Shown here one piece after another: positions 51,866 through 51,923 of a stretch of DNA of 51,923 nucleotides. The stretch lies in the NCBI RefSeq assembly GCF_001194135.2, contig NC_068990.1, forward strand, positions 38,439,573-38,491,495. Reading direction: 5' to 3'. The stretch comes from Octopus bimaculoides (Eukaryota). The position numbers were made by a program, and so were the translations under genes. The notes beneath the pieces were generated by a model. It searched no databases, was not told where the DNA came from, and saw only the letters and a program-made list of their open reading frames with translations. Within the stretch, counting starts at the first letter, position 1, and the number at the start of each line of letters is the position of its first letter.

Positions 51866-51867
<2 letters not shown>

Positions 51868-51923
<56 letters not shown>
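51868..51923. repeat. (GA)n microsatellite at window end
   Basis: Seen directly. Confidence 0.95.

Overview
AT-rich, microsatellite-dense eukaryotic genomic DNA from a gapped assembly; most N runs begin or end in simple repeats. The SINE, Penelope and mariner families look to me like those of Octopus (coleoid cephalopod). That assignment is recall and inference, not a database result. There is no intact long CDS, and nearly all ORF-track entries are microsatellite or N-gap read-through. Supported content: two tRNA-headed SINE families (here A and B; one head-to-tail array of four, plus inverted pairs); Penelope-like element (PLE) remnants (GIY-YIG C-terminus, RT, hammerhead-ribozyme (HHR) tails); two R4/Dong-type RLE retrotransposon pieces set in (TAA)n/(GAT)n microsatellites; one full-length dead mariner; a maT-like transposase remnant; a possible LINE endonuclease remnant; and a diverged ~330-bp tandem duplication. 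Most interesting leads: (i) a PLE 3' end carrying a tRNA-like Pol III cassette joined to a hammerhead tail, plus several other HHR relics; (ii) stacked Dong copies in microsatellites; (iii) a speculative minus-strand gene made of very small exons ending in a hydrophobic tail, and a Rab-like 'GCC*' terminal exon candidate. The exon calls rest on splice signals only, and chance matches are expected in such DNA.
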